Assembly (NCBI GenBank): GCA_045598675.1
Contig: JAZLMO010000074.1
Location: 1,819 to 65,818, forward strand
From: Sphaerochaetaceae bacterium
Lineage (GTDB): Bacteria > Spirochaetota > Spirochaetia > Sphaerochaetales > Sphaerochaetaceae
DNA: 64,000 nt
Direction of reading: 5' to 3'
Both the position numbers and the translations under genes were made by a program. Each line of letters opens with the position of its first letter. Within the stretch, counting starts at the first letter, position 1. Under the pieces are notes generated by a model. That model did not search any database and had not been told where the DNA came from. It saw only the letters and a list, made by a program, of their open reading frames with translations. Below are positions 9,119-18,105 of this stretch, one piece after another.

Positions 9119-10864
9119 ATGAAAAACAATGCAGATAATAATCTGAAAAAAATGTTTGTATCTCTGAGTTTTATACAGGCTCTTGCCGCTGCAATACCGT
9201 CAATCAATACCCTGATAAGCAGCTTTATCATAGGTAATACACTTGGAACTTCAGGACTTGCGGCAATAGGATTTTCAGGTCCGTATGTTTTTCTTGTTTC
9301 CGCCTTTGCTCAGATGATAGGAATAGGTTCTCAGTTGTTATGCTCAGAATACATAGGTGAAGGTCATAAAGACGGAATAAATATGGCTTTCAGCACCAGT
9401 ATAATTTTCGGAATTGTTGCAGGAGGTTTTCTGGCCCTGATTTCTTCATTGTTTCCTTCCGAGATTTCTTTTGTACTGGGCGCGCAAGATGAGATTCTTG
9501 TAATGACTGCAGACTTTATCAGAGGTTATGCAATCTGCAGTTTCTGTTCGGTTTTTTTTATCTTGTTTCTTTCATATCTTCAGCTTGATCTTGCAAAGTC
9601 AGTATCAACAGCAGCAATTATCATTCAGATTGTTCTGAATATTGTTCTTAATTTATACAATGCAAAAACACTTCACCTGGGAATGTTCGGTGTTGGGCTT
9701 TCATCTTCTGTTTCATCTTTGATTTCCATTTGTATTTCAGCAATGTATCTGGCTTTCAGAAGCAAATTGTTCCGTTTCTCTTTCAGAAGTTTTTCGTTTG
9801 CAGAAATGAAGAAAATTATTTTACTCGGATATAATGCTGCTCTGGTTTTTGTTTGGCGTCTTCTGAGAGACAGAATATTCAATTCTGTTGTGTTCTCTGT
9901 CGGCGGAGCTGTTGCAATGTCTGCATTTGCAATTGCTGCAAATGTTTCAAACAGTATCGGCGGATCATTGCAAGGAGCCGTAGAGGCACCGAGCAGTATG
10001 ATGGCAAGCATTTTTATAGGTGAAAGAGATATCAGTTCTTTGAGAAGACTTCAATTCTATCTTCCTAAAGTTGTGTGGCCGTTCTCTATCTGTTGTTATC
10101 TGACAGTTTTTCTTGCGGCAAAACCGATATGTTTTCTATTTGGGGCAGAGCCTGCAAACATAGCAGTCTATGTTATGATTGTGAGAGCATTTAATCTGTA
10201 TTATATAACCAATCCGATAATTGTAGTAGGACTCAATATTTACAACGCAATGAAAAAGGACAGCGTTGTATGTGTTATGAACTTCCTTTCACTCTTTGTT
10301 TTCTCTTGTATCTTTTTCTATGTCGGAAAGGTTTTCAACAGTCTTTTGATTCTGTTCCTGTTTGCAGTCGGAAATGAATTTCTGCTTATTATTGCTTTCA
10401 AAATATATTATGTTATGAAGGGGCATTCCCTGTTCTCTTTTAATTATGTCTATATTCCAAATGAAATTGCTGTTCCCATGGATTGCAGATTTGAATCAAC
10501 AATATGCAGCGTGGATGATGCCATGAGAACTTCTCAGAGAGTAATTGATTTTTGCAAAGATAAGAGGCTTGAAGAAAAGAAAAGTTATTACTGCGGTCTT
10601 TGTATAGAAGAAGTATGTGTAGATATTCTTTCAAGAAACAGCGGAAAAGAGTGTTCGGTTGATGTCAGGATAATATTTGAAAACAATAATGTTTCTATTA
10701 TGCTCAGAGACAGCTGTAATAAGTTTGATGTATCCGAATGGCTGAAACTGTATGCAAAGGATGATCCTGCAAGGAGTATGGGTCTTAAAATGGTTTCTTC
10801 TCTTTCGAAGACTATGAATTACAATAGTACTTTGGGAATGAATGTTCTGACAATTGAGATCTGA
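9119..10864 (+). CDS. MATE-like 12-TM membrane domain fused to a C-terminal RsbW/SpoIIAB-like (GHKL, HATPase_c_2-type) domain
   Basis: Residues ~1-440 are hydrophobic and MATE-like. The last ~135 aa align by eye to anti-sigma kinase blocks: CGLCIEEVCVDIL (N-box-like, Asn position is Asp), VDVRIIFENNNVSIMLRDSCNKFD, and ARSMGLKMVSSLSKTMNYNSTLGMNVLTIEI. Confidence 0.55.
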   Translation: MKNNADNNLKKMFVSLSFIQALAAAIPSINTLISSFIIGNTLGTSGLAAIGFSGPYVFLVSAFAQMIGIGSQLLCSEYIGEGHKDGINMAFSTSIIFGIVAGGFLALISSLFPSEISFVLGAQDEILVMTADFIRGYAICSFCSVFFILFLSYLQLDLAKSVSTAAIIIQIVLNIVLNLYNAKTLHLGMFGVGLSSSVSSLISICISAMYLAFRSKLFRFSFRSFSFAEMKKIILLGYNAALVFVWRLLRDRIFNSVVFSVGGAVAMSAFAIAANVSNSIGGSLQGAVEAPSSMMASIFIGERDISSLRRLQFYLPKVVWPFSICCYLTVFLAAKPICFLFGAEPANIAVYVMIVRAFNLYYITNPIIVVGLNIYNAMKKDSVVCVMNFLSLFVFSCIFFYVGKVFNSLLILFLFAVGNEFLLIIAFKIYYVMKGHSLFSFNYVYIPNEIAVPMDCRFESTICSVDDAMRTSQRVIDFCKDKRLEEKKSYYCGLCIEEVCVDILSRNSGKECSVDVRIIFENNNVSIMLRDSCNKFDVSEWLKLYAKDDPARSMGLKMVSSLSKTMNYNSTLGMNVLTIEI

Positions 10865-10890
10865 TTCATAGATAAAATGGGGATTCGGAT

Positions 10891-11913
10891 ATGAGTGTAA
10901 AGGTTGATTTTTTTGATAAACTGAATGACGGAAAAACGGTTGATTTAATATCTGTAGACAACGGTTTTTTGGGAGCAAAGTTTCTGAATTTGGGTGCAAA
11001 TCTTTACAGTCTTTTTGTTCCGGATAGAAACGGTAACAGGGTTGATATTTCTTTGGGTCTTTCCAGTGCTCAGGAATATGTCGACAGGTTTTCCGCTTTT
11101 GGTATGACAGTAGGACCTGTTGCCAACAGGGTTGCAGGCGGTCACTTTATTCTTAAAGGAAAAGAGTACAGACTTAAGACCAACAATCACGGTAATACTC
11201 TTCACAGTTCAGATGCTGCAATTCAGTATAAAATCTGGTCATACAAAACAGAGGAAAAAGACGGATGTGTATCTGTTGTTTTCAGTACTGTCTCTAAAGA
11301 CGGTGAGGGCGGTTGGCCTGCAGACCGAAGGATAGAGGTAAAATATACTCTTAAAGAAAAATCTCTTTTAATCGACTATAAGGCATCGGTTTCTTCTGAT
11401 ACCTATTTGAATTTAACAAATCACTCTTACTTTAATCTTTCAGGTAATGCATCCGAAGATGTTCTTGATTATCAGATGGTTATCAATTCGGGAAAATATA
11501 CAGAGGTGTCAGCCCCGGGGCTTATTCCTACCGGTCGTGTTCTGCCTGTGGATTGTTCGCTTGATTTCAGAACTTCTAAGAGGATAGGCGAGAATATTCC
11601 CAACGGTGGATATGATCACTTTTTTGTTGTTGACGGTTATCCTGATTTCAGAAAGTTTGCATCGGTTTTCTGTCCTGAAACGGGAATAACAATGGAAACT
11701 TGGTCGGATATGCCGGGCATGCAGTTGTATACGGCAAATACTCAGGCTTCATCCGGTGTTGTAGATAAGTACGGTAAAAAATGTTGTGACTTCTGTGCTG
11801 TGTGTATTGAAACTGCTTTTTATACGGACAGTCCAAATCAGAAGTGGCCGGTGAATTGTCTGTTTACGGAAAACGATCATTTTGAGAGCAGAACGGAGTA
11901 TCGATTTGTCTGA
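10891..11913 (+). CDS. galM: Aldose 1-epimerase (galactose mutarotase)
   Basis: GANLYSLFVPDRNG, GPVANRVAGGHF...LKTNNHGNTLHS, LNLTNHSYFNL and HFFV motifs typical of the family. Confidence 0.85.
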   Translation: MSVKVDFFDKLNDGKTVDLISVDNGFLGAKFLNLGANLYSLFVPDRNGNRVDISLGLSSAQEYVDRFSAFGMTVGPVANRVAGGHFILKGKEYRLKTNNHGNTLHSSDAAIQYKIWSYKTEEKDGCVSVVFSTVSKDGEGGWPADRRIEVKYTLKEKSLLIDYKASVSSDTYLNLTNHSYFNLSGNASEDVLDYQMVINSGKYTEVSAPGLIPTGRVLPVDCSLDFRTSKRIGENIPNGGYDHFFVVDGYPDFRKFASVFCPETGITMETWSDMPGMQLYTANTQASSGVVDKYGKKCCDFCAVCIETAFYTDSPNQKWPVNCLFTENDHFESRTEYRFV

Positions 11914-11944
11914 TATCTGTTTGCAGGAAAGAGAAGGTTTGAAA

Positions 11945-13672
11945 ATGGATATTGCAGAGAAAGATTCAAAACTGAAAATATTCTTCACTTACGTAAGACC
12001 CTATAAGTGGGCTTTTATTCTTGATATGTTTCTCTCCGTTGTAATATCGGTTGTAGATTTGGTTTTTCCGTATGTTTCCAGGTGGTCAATGAACACGCTT
12101 TTGCCTCAGGGATTGTTCAGAACATTTTTTGCTGTCATGGGTATAATGTTTGTTTCATACATCATCAGAGCCGTGCTTCAATACTTTGTCACAATAGTCG
12201 GTCACTTTATGGGTACAAGAGTTGAAGCTGATATGAGAAAAGATGTTTTTTCACATATGCAGGGGCTTTCTTTCAGTTTTTTCGACAAGAACAGAACAGG
12301 TGTTTTGCTGAGTCATGTTACAAACGATCTTTTTGAAATAGTTGAGCTTGCCCATCATGGTCCGGAACACCTTATTACATGTTCGCTGACTATCGTGGGT
12401 TCTCTTATTATTCTTGCTACAATCAACTGGAAACTCACTTTGGTTTTGGCTGTTCTTCTTCCTGTCTGCATTGTTTTTTCCTTAAGACAGAGAGTCAGGA
12501 TGACGTCTGCAAACAGAGAGGTTAAGAGAAAGACCGGTGAGATCAACGCGGCCATAGAAAGCGGGATTTCCGGTATTCGTACTTCCAAGGCTTTTGCAAA
12601 CGAGAAGGCTGAAGAAGATAAGTTTCAGATAGTAAATAATCAGTTTAAAAACACTAAAAAATATTTCTACAGAGCCATGGGTCTTTTCAACTGCGGAATT
12701 GAGGCAACAATAGGTATTGCACAGGTTGCAGTTGTTACCGTCGGTGGCTATTTTATTATGAAGGGTTCTATGGATTTCATAGATCTTGTTACATTTACCC
12801 TTTATATTTCCGCGTTTGTTTCTCCTATCAGAAAGTTGGCTCAGTTCATGGAACTGTACAGTCAGGGTTCAAGCGGGTTTGAAAGGTTTGTAAACATAAT
12901 GAAGACCAAACCGGAGATTACTGACTCTCCGGATGCCTATAATCTTGATAAAGTGGACGGTTCAATCAGTTTTGATCATGTTTCATTTTCTTACGGTAAC
13001 GGCAGGAAAGTTCTTGATGATGTCTGTCTTGATATCAGAAAGGGTGAAAAGATTGCGCTTGTAGGTCCTTCAGGTGAAGGTAAGACTACAATGTGCAGTC
13101 TGATACTGAGGTTCTATGATGTCAGTTCGGGTTCAATTTTATTGGACGGAAGAGACATCAGATCAATTAGGCAATCCTGTCTCAGAAGCAACATAGGTAT
13201 CATTCAGCAGGATGTGTTCCTTTATGCCGGTACTGTTATGGAAAACATCCGTTTCGGGAAACCGGATTGTTCGGACGAAGAAGTTGTGAATGCTGCAAAA
13301 CTTGCCGGTATCCATGATGAGATCATGCAGATGCCTGATGGATACAATACAAATGTCGGAGAGCGGGGTGTGTCTCTTTCCGGCGGTCAGAAACAGAGAA
13401 TTTCCATTGCAAGAGTCTTGCTCAAAAATCCTTCTGTGCTTATCCTTGATGAGGCTACTTCTGCATTGGACAGCATTACGGAAGCAAACATTCAGGAAAG
13501 CTTTGATATGCTTTCCAAGGGGAAAACCTGCATTATGATTGCCCATAGACTTTCCACTGTTAAGAATGCTGACAGAATTGCAGTTATTGAGAACGGGAAA
13601 ATTGCTGAACTCGGTACACGTGAAGAGCTTTTGAAGCTTAATGGAAAATACGCAGCTTTGGAGAGAAAATGA
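11945..13672 (+). CDS. ABC exporter, fused permease/ATPase (MsbA/multidrug type)
   Basis: Six-TM N-terminal half, Walker A GPSGEGKTT, signature LSGGQKQRISIAR, Walker B ILDEATSALD. ATG at 11945 is preferred over the tracked 11882, which overlaps galM. Confidence 0.9.
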   Translation: MDIAEKDSKLKIFFTYVRPYKWAFILDMFLSVVISVVDLVFPYVSRWSMNTLLPQGLFRTFFAVMGIMFVSYIIRAVLQYFVTIVGHFMGTRVEADMRKDVFSHMQGLSFSFFDKNRTGVLLSHVTNDLFEIVELAHHGPEHLITCSLTIVGSLIILATINWKLTLVLAVLLPVCIVFSLRQRVRMTSANREVKRKTGEINAAIESGISGIRTSKAFANEKAEEDKFQIVNNQFKNTKKYFYRAMGLFNCGIEATIGIAQVAVVTVGGYFIMKGSMDFIDLVTFTLYISAFVSPIRKLAQFMELYSQGSSGFERFVNIMKTKPEITDSPDAYNLDKVDGSISFDHVSFSYGNGRKVLDDVCLDIRKGEKIALVGPSGEGKTTMCSLILRFYDVSSGSILLDGRDIRSIRQSCLRSNIGIIQQDVFLYAGTVMENIRFGKPDCSDEEVVNAAKLAGIHDEIMQMPDGYNTNVGERGVSLSGGQKQRISIARVLLKNPSVLILDEATSALDSITEANIQESFDMLSKGKTCIMIAHRLSTVKNADRIAVIENGKIAELGTREELLKLNGKYAALERK

Positions 13673-13896
13673 TGAACATTCATGAACAGGTTGAATTACA
13701 GGATTGTCCGCTTTGTCACGGTCCGGCTTTACTGGAAGAAGAAAACGGTTGGTGCTTTTATGTTATGTGTCTGGACTGCGGTTGTCATACTGCAGAAGCC
13801 GCATATAAGACAGAAGAGGATCGCCTGGATGCTGCGCAAAAAGCAGCACATCTGTGGAATATCGGAAAGGTTCTTCCGAGTAATCCCGGGGAGTGA
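13669..13896 (+). CDS. Small zinc-ribbon protein, Lar (restriction alleviation)-like
   Basis: CPLCHG...x20...CLDCGCH four-Cys ribbon followed by AAxLWN, resembling the Lar family. The start overlaps the ABC stop (ATGA) and its stop overlaps the next GTG start. Confidence 0.5.
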   Translation: MMNIHEQVELQDCPLCHGPALLEEENGWCFYVMCLDCGCHTAEAAYKTEEDRLDAAQKAAHLWNIGKVLPSNPGE

Positions 13897-15056
13897 TTTT
13901 GAAGAATTGGATTTGTCCTTTCATAGGGCAGTGCGGCGGCTGCTCAAATCTCAAACCTTATGATGTACAGCTTTCTGATAAGCAAGCTTTGATAGAAGAC
14001 TTGCTTTCTTACTATGGAAAAGTTTGGCCTATCATAGGTGCTGAAAAACCTTTCTATTACCGCAATAAGGTCAATTGGGAATTCTCATGCGACAGACAAG
14101 GTAAACAGTTTGACGGTATATATGCAAAGGACAGTCATTACATTATTCCGGTTGGCAACTGTATGCTTCACGACAAGTCTGCCCAGAGTATAATCAACGA
14201 TGTTGCTTCCTATTTCAGAAAGGAAAACATTCCTTTTTACAACGAGGATTCAAGAGAGGGTTTTCTCCGTCATGTTCTTGTCAGAAGAAGTCCTCTGACA
14301 GATCAGAGTATGGTTTGTCTTGTTACCGGTTTCTGGAAGTTTCCTCACAAAGATTCATTTATAAGTTTTATTACTGAAAAACATCCTGATGTTGTTTCAA
14401 TTATTCAGAACAGAAACAAAGAAAAGACTTCAATGATTTTTTCCGACGAGGAAGACCGTATTCTTTTCGGTAACGGTTACATTGAAGACTATATGTGCAA
14501 CTTGAAATTCAGAATCAGCGGCAGGAGTTTTTCTCAGGTAAATCCATATCAGGCTTCAGAGCTGTATTCTGTTGCAATGGATATGGCTGATTTCAGGGGA
14601 AATGAGAAGGTCATTGATGCTTACTGCGGTACAGGAACAATAGGTCTTATTGCTTCCGATAACGGAGCAGGTGAGGTTATCGGTGTCGAGAGCAATCAGA
14701 GTGCAGTTTCCGATGCAATTGTGAATGCTAAGCTGAACGGTATTACAAATGCCCGTTTTATCTGTGCTGAAGCTTCTTCTTATCTTAAGCAAATGGCCAG
14801 GGATAAGCAGAATGTTGATGTAGTCTTTTTAGATCCTCCCAGAAACGGTACGGATGAACGTTTTCTGTCTTCTGTTTTTAAGCTTAATCCTAAGAAAATA
14901 ATATACATTTCATGTAATCCTTTTACCTTAAACAGGGATTTGCGATACATAGTACATTTCTCAGATTACAAAGTTCGTGCCATCCAACCTGTAGACATGT
15001 TTCCTCAAACCTCTCACCTTGAGACTGTCGTTATGATGTCAAGGATAGGTAACTAA
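13893..15056 (+). CDS. 23S rRNA (uracil-C5)-methyltransferase, RumA/RlmCD (TrmA) family, without N-terminal TRAM domain
   Basis: Fe-S Cys cluster CPFIGQCGGC, SAM motif DAYCGTGTIGL, catalytic region DPPRNG...YISCNP. GTG start. Confidence 0.85.
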   Translation: MILKNWICPFIGQCGGCSNLKPYDVQLSDKQALIEDLLSYYGKVWPIIGAEKPFYYRNKVNWEFSCDRQGKQFDGIYAKDSHYIIPVGNCMLHDKSAQSIINDVASYFRKENIPFYNEDSREGFLRHVLVRRSPLTDQSMVCLVTGFWKFPHKDSFISFITEKHPDVVSIIQNRNKEKTSMIFSDEEDRILFGNGYIEDYMCNLKFRISGRSFSQVNPYQASELYSVAMDMADFRGNEKVIDAYCGTGTIGLIASDNGAGEVIGVESNQSAVSDAIVNAKLNGITNARFICAEASSYLKQMARDKQNVDVVFLDPPRNGTDERFLSSVFKLNPKKIIYISCNPFTLNRDLRYIVHFSDYKVRAIQPVDMFPQTSHLETVVMMSRIGN

Positions 15057-15111
15057 CCACTACCGTATTTCTTTTACAGTAAAGAATTAACTCAATATTT
15101 CGTTGCTGAAC

Positions 15112-15259
15112 ATTGTGTAAATTTTTAACAGCTATTTTCTCTTTGTGGGTAGAAGTCCAAGTTCTCAGATTGGGGACTGTGTTTGTAGCGATGATGTTTT
15201 GAGGTACTGTGCTTGTAGAAATGATGTCAGAGCATAGGGGAGTTTGTAGAAACAATGTC
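15112..15259 (+). repeat. Left array: 4-5 direct copies of a 16-17 bp motif (TTTGTrGrwA..ATGTC), phased 30-40 bp apart
   Basis: Copies read directly: ATTGTGTAAATTTTTAAC 15112 (degenerate), TTTGTGGGTAGAAGTC 15142-15157, TTTGTAGCGATGATGTT 15182-15198, CTTGTAGAAATGATGTC 15212-15228, TTTGTAGAAACAATGTC 15243-15259. Copies 3 and 4 share an ACTGTG prefix (about a 30-bp tandem unit). Confidence 0.85.
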
Positions 15260-15390
15260 AATTGTTTCTTAGTAGTTAAGATATTTAAGTGTTTTACTTG
15301 ATTTTTTTTCAACTTAAAAAATAAATGAAATGTTATCTGCTTTCTTTTGTATTACTTATGTACTATCATTTCAATACATGTGGAGGATGT

Positions 15391-16323
15391 ATGTCTGTAT
15401 TTGAAAAGCATGAATTAATAAAAAAAAGTCTGTTTTCAAGTCACAAAAATGAGAATTTCTTAATAGAAGTTGAGAATATTCTTGCTGAATATGAAGACCA
15501 TTTTGAAGATGTTCCAAAAAAACTAATGACTGAACTTGTAACCAAATATAAGGTTGATTTTCCAAAAAAGTTTAAAAATGAAACTAAAACGTTAGTTCGT
15601 AGATACTGGAAAAGTATTTTGGGTGATATGAAATCAACTAAATCCGAAGAAAAGCAGATTGAATGTCTTGTTTCTTTGTTGTCAGTTACAGAAGAGGATG
15701 CTCATACCATTGTTTTTGAAGAGAAAAGTGCGGTTGTAAATGCATTTGTACAAGATCTCCTTTCAGATAGAAGATATTCTCCAGAAGATGAAGAAAGATT
15801 AAATCAGTTAGCTAACGATTTAAATGTTTCTTTGGATTTTAAGGATAAACAGAATTTAGAGAAATTTAGAATTCTATGGGACATTGAGAATGGAAATCTT
15901 CCAGTTGTGAATGATACCGATATCACGATTCAAAAGTCTGAAAATGTTTACTTTAAAGATGAGACAAACTGGTATGAAGATCGTCAAACTACAACGCGAG
16001 TATCCTATAGCGGACCATCGGTAAGGATTAAGATTTGTAAAGGTGTATATTACAGGATAGGCTCATGTTCACCTAAAAAAGTCACAACAACAGAAAAAAA
16101 ATTAATTGATACCGGTACTTTGTATTTGACAAATAAACGATTAATATTTGTCGGCTCTAAATCAACAAAAACAATATATTTGAATAAGATTTTAAGTATT
16201 GAACCATACGTTGATGGAGTTGAAATAGTCAAAGAAAGTGGAAAATTTCCACTTTTGAAATTCAGTAGTGGTGATGCTGAAGTCTTTTCGTTGTTACTGA
16301 CCAAAATTGTGAATATGGAGTAA
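15391..16323 (+). CDS. Hypothetical protein: helical N-terminal region + C-terminal PH/GRAM-like (bacterial PH) domain
   Basis: ATG at 15391 is preceded by GGAGGA. The tracked start at 15325 is a likely over-extension. The C-terminus (GTLYLTNKRLIFVGSKSTKTIYLNKILSIEPYVDGVEIV) has the classic bPH/GRAM pattern. No enzymatic motif was recognised. Very AT-rich. Confidence 0.6.
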   Translation: MSVFEKHELIKKSLFSSHKNENFLIEVENILAEYEDHFEDVPKKLMTELVTKYKVDFPKKFKNETKTLVRRYWKSILGDMKSTKSEEKQIECLVSLLSVTEEDAHTIVFEEKSAVVNAFVQDLLSDRRYSPEDEERLNQLANDLNVSLDFKDKQNLEKFRILWDIENGNLPVVNDTDITIQKSENVYFKDETNWYEDRQTTTRVSYSGPSVRIKICKGVYYRIGSCSPKKVTTTEKKLIDTGTLYLTNKRLIFVGSKSTKTIYLNKILSIEPYVDGVEIVKESGKFPLLKFSSGDAEVFSLLLTKIVNME

Positions 16324-16327
16324 AAAA

Positions 16328-17053
16328 GTGAGGAAAAGGCTTTTTGAAATAATTGAGACCTCAAATGGAGACGATAAAGCAAGTTCTATTTACGATGTCT
16401 TTGTAATCTTAACAATTATTTTCAGTATTATTCCTTTAGCATTTAAAAACACAAATAGGTTTTTAGTAATTGTTGACAGAATAACAGTAATCATTTTTAT
16501 TGTTGATTATGTTTTACGCCTCATTACTGCGGATTTAAAACTGAAAAAAGGAGTAATATCCTTCTTTATTTATCCGTTTTCAATAATGGCAATAATTGAT
16601 TTATTTAGTATTCTGCCGTCATTTTGTGTTATTTCATCCAGTTATAAATTGTTAAGATTGTTAAGAATGTTTAGAGCCTTTAGAGTTCTGAGAGCTGCTA
16701 AAATGCTCAGGTATTCTAAGAATTTTTTAATTATTTCTGATGTAATAAAAGTGCAACGCAAATCATTAAGTGCAGTGTGTATGTTAGCTGTAGCTTATAT
16801 ATTTGTTTCTGCATTGCTTATTTTTAATATTGAGCCAGAAAGTTTTGAAAGTTTTTTTGATGCGATCTACTGGGCAACTGTCAGTCTTACCACAGTTGGT
16901 TATGGAGATATATATCCAATAACTACTGCGGGAAGAGTAATTACAATGATTTCATCTATTTTTGGTATAGCAATTATTGCCCTTCCTGCCGGTATTATCA
17001 CCGCTGGGTATATGAATAGAATAAATCAAGATACCAATGAAAAAGAAGAATGA
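16328..17053 (+). CDS. Voltage-gated-type K+ channel (6-TM, S4 arginine ladder, TVGYGD filter), no cytosolic regulatory domain
   Basis: S4 segment LLRLLRMFRAFRVLRAAKMLR has R/K every third residue. The selectivity filter is TTVGYGD. GTG start 5 nt after the upstream stop. Confidence 0.85.
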   Translation: MRKRLFEIIETSNGDDKASSIYDVFVILTIIFSIIPLAFKNTNRFLVIVDRITVIIFIVDYVLRLITADLKLKKGVISFFIYPFSIMAIIDLFSILPSFCVISSSYKLLRLLRMFRAFRVLRAAKMLRYSKNFLIISDVIKVQRKSLSAVCMLAVAYIFVSALLIFNIEPESFESFFDAIYWATVSLTTVGYGDIYPITTAGRVITMISSIFGIAIIALPAGIITAGYMNRINQDTNEKEE

Positions 17054-17082
17054 TTCAATAATCAAGCAAGGATAACAATAGC

Positions 17083-18096
17083 ATGAATAAGCAACTTCAA
17101 ATCAGAAACAGTACGGTAGATTTTCTCATGTTTACACGTGATGCCAAAGATGACGGTATTGAAGTCAGAGTTCAGGACAATGATGTTTGGCTAACTCAAA
17201 TGGCTATCTCCAAATTATTTGATGTGGACAGAAGTGTTGTCACAAAGCATCTGAAGAATGTTTTTGAGACAGGAGAGCTGGATGTAAATTCAGTATGTGC
17301 AAATTTTGCACAAACTGCTGATGATGGGAAAACTTACAATTATAAGTTCTATTCTCTTGATGCCATTATTGCCGTTGGTTATAGAGTAAATTCCGTCAGA
17401 GCTACTCAGTTCAGACAGTGGGCAACCAAAGTTTTGTCTACATTCAGCAAACAGGGTTATGTCCTGGATAAGAACCGTCTTGAAAACGGACAGATATTTG
17501 ATGAAGAGTATTTTGATCATCTTATTTCTGAAATTCAGGAAATAAGAGCAAGTGAGAGAAGATTCTACCAGAAGATAACAGATATCTATTCAACAGCTGT
17601 AGATTACTCGGTTGACAGTGTTATTACACAGAATTTCTTTGCAACGGTTCAGAATAAGATGCATTATGCAGTTCACGGAAACACTGCTGCGGAAATGATT
17701 GTTCAGAGAGCTGACCATAAGAAAACAAATATGGGTTTAACTTCATGGAAGAATGCACCGAACGGAAAGATTGTTAAAGCGGATGTTTCTGTTGCTAAAA
17801 ACTATCTTTCTCATGATGAAATGTCTGAACTTAACGAAATAGTTACAATGTATCTTGATTATGCAACCCGACAGGCAAAGCGTCATATTCCTATGACAAT
17901 GGCTGACTGGGCAGAAAAACTTGATGCATTTCTGAAGTTCAATGATGCAGAAGTATTACAGGACAAGGGAAAGGTTACTGCTGAAATAGCCAAGGCTTTT
18001 GCAGAAAGTGAATTTGAAAAGTATAGGGTAATTCAGGATGCCTCTTATCAGAGTGATTTTGACCGTTTGATTTCTGAGACACAGTCTGAGAAATAA
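17083..18096 (+). CDS. RhuM family virulence/DNA-binding protein
   Basis: Near-canonical RhuM sequence blocks: IRNSTVDFLMFT..., YNYKFYSLDAIIAVGYRVNSVRATQFRQWAT, IRASERRFYQKITDIY and KMHYAVHGNTAAE. Confidence 0.85.
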   Translation: MNKQLQIRNSTVDFLMFTRDAKDDGIEVRVQDNDVWLTQMAISKLFDVDRSVVTKHLKNVFETGELDVNSVCANFAQTADDGKTYNYKFYSLDAIIAVGYRVNSVRATQFRQWATKVLSTFSKQGYVLDKNRLENGQIFDEEYFDHLISEIQEIRASERRFYQKITDIYSTAVDYSVDSVITQNFFATVQNKMHYAVHGNTAAEMIVQRADHKKTNMGLTSWKNAPNGKIVKADVSVAKNYLSHDEMSELNEIVTMYLDYATRQAKRHIPMTMADWAEKLDAFLKFNDAEVLQDKGKVTAEIAKAFAESEFEKYRVIQDASYQSDFDRLISETQSEK

Positions 18097-18105
18097 GAAT
18101 GGTTT

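Noticed and set aside
13682-13963. 93-aa alternative-frame ORF overlapping the Lar-like gene and the methyltransferase start
   Set aside because: The competing frames give a clean zinc-ribbon protein and the Fe-S Cys motif of the methyltransferase. This frame has no motif and would break the translational coupling.
15142-15259. Possible degenerate CRISPR array (regularly spaced repeats; TTGTAGAAAT is faintly reminiscent of Cas12a repeat 3' ends)
   Set aside because: The whole period is only about 30 bp, so the 'spacers' would be 13-15 nt. The repeats are imperfect, no cas genes are present, and an inverted partner array exists 3 kb away. All of this is incompatible with a CRISPR locus.
15031-15312. 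93-aa minus-strand ORF spanning the left repeat array
   Set aside because: It overlaps the 3' end of the methyltransferase gene. Its internal repeats (IISTSTVPQNIIATNTVPN) merely translate the DNA repeats, and it has no RBS or recognisable domain.
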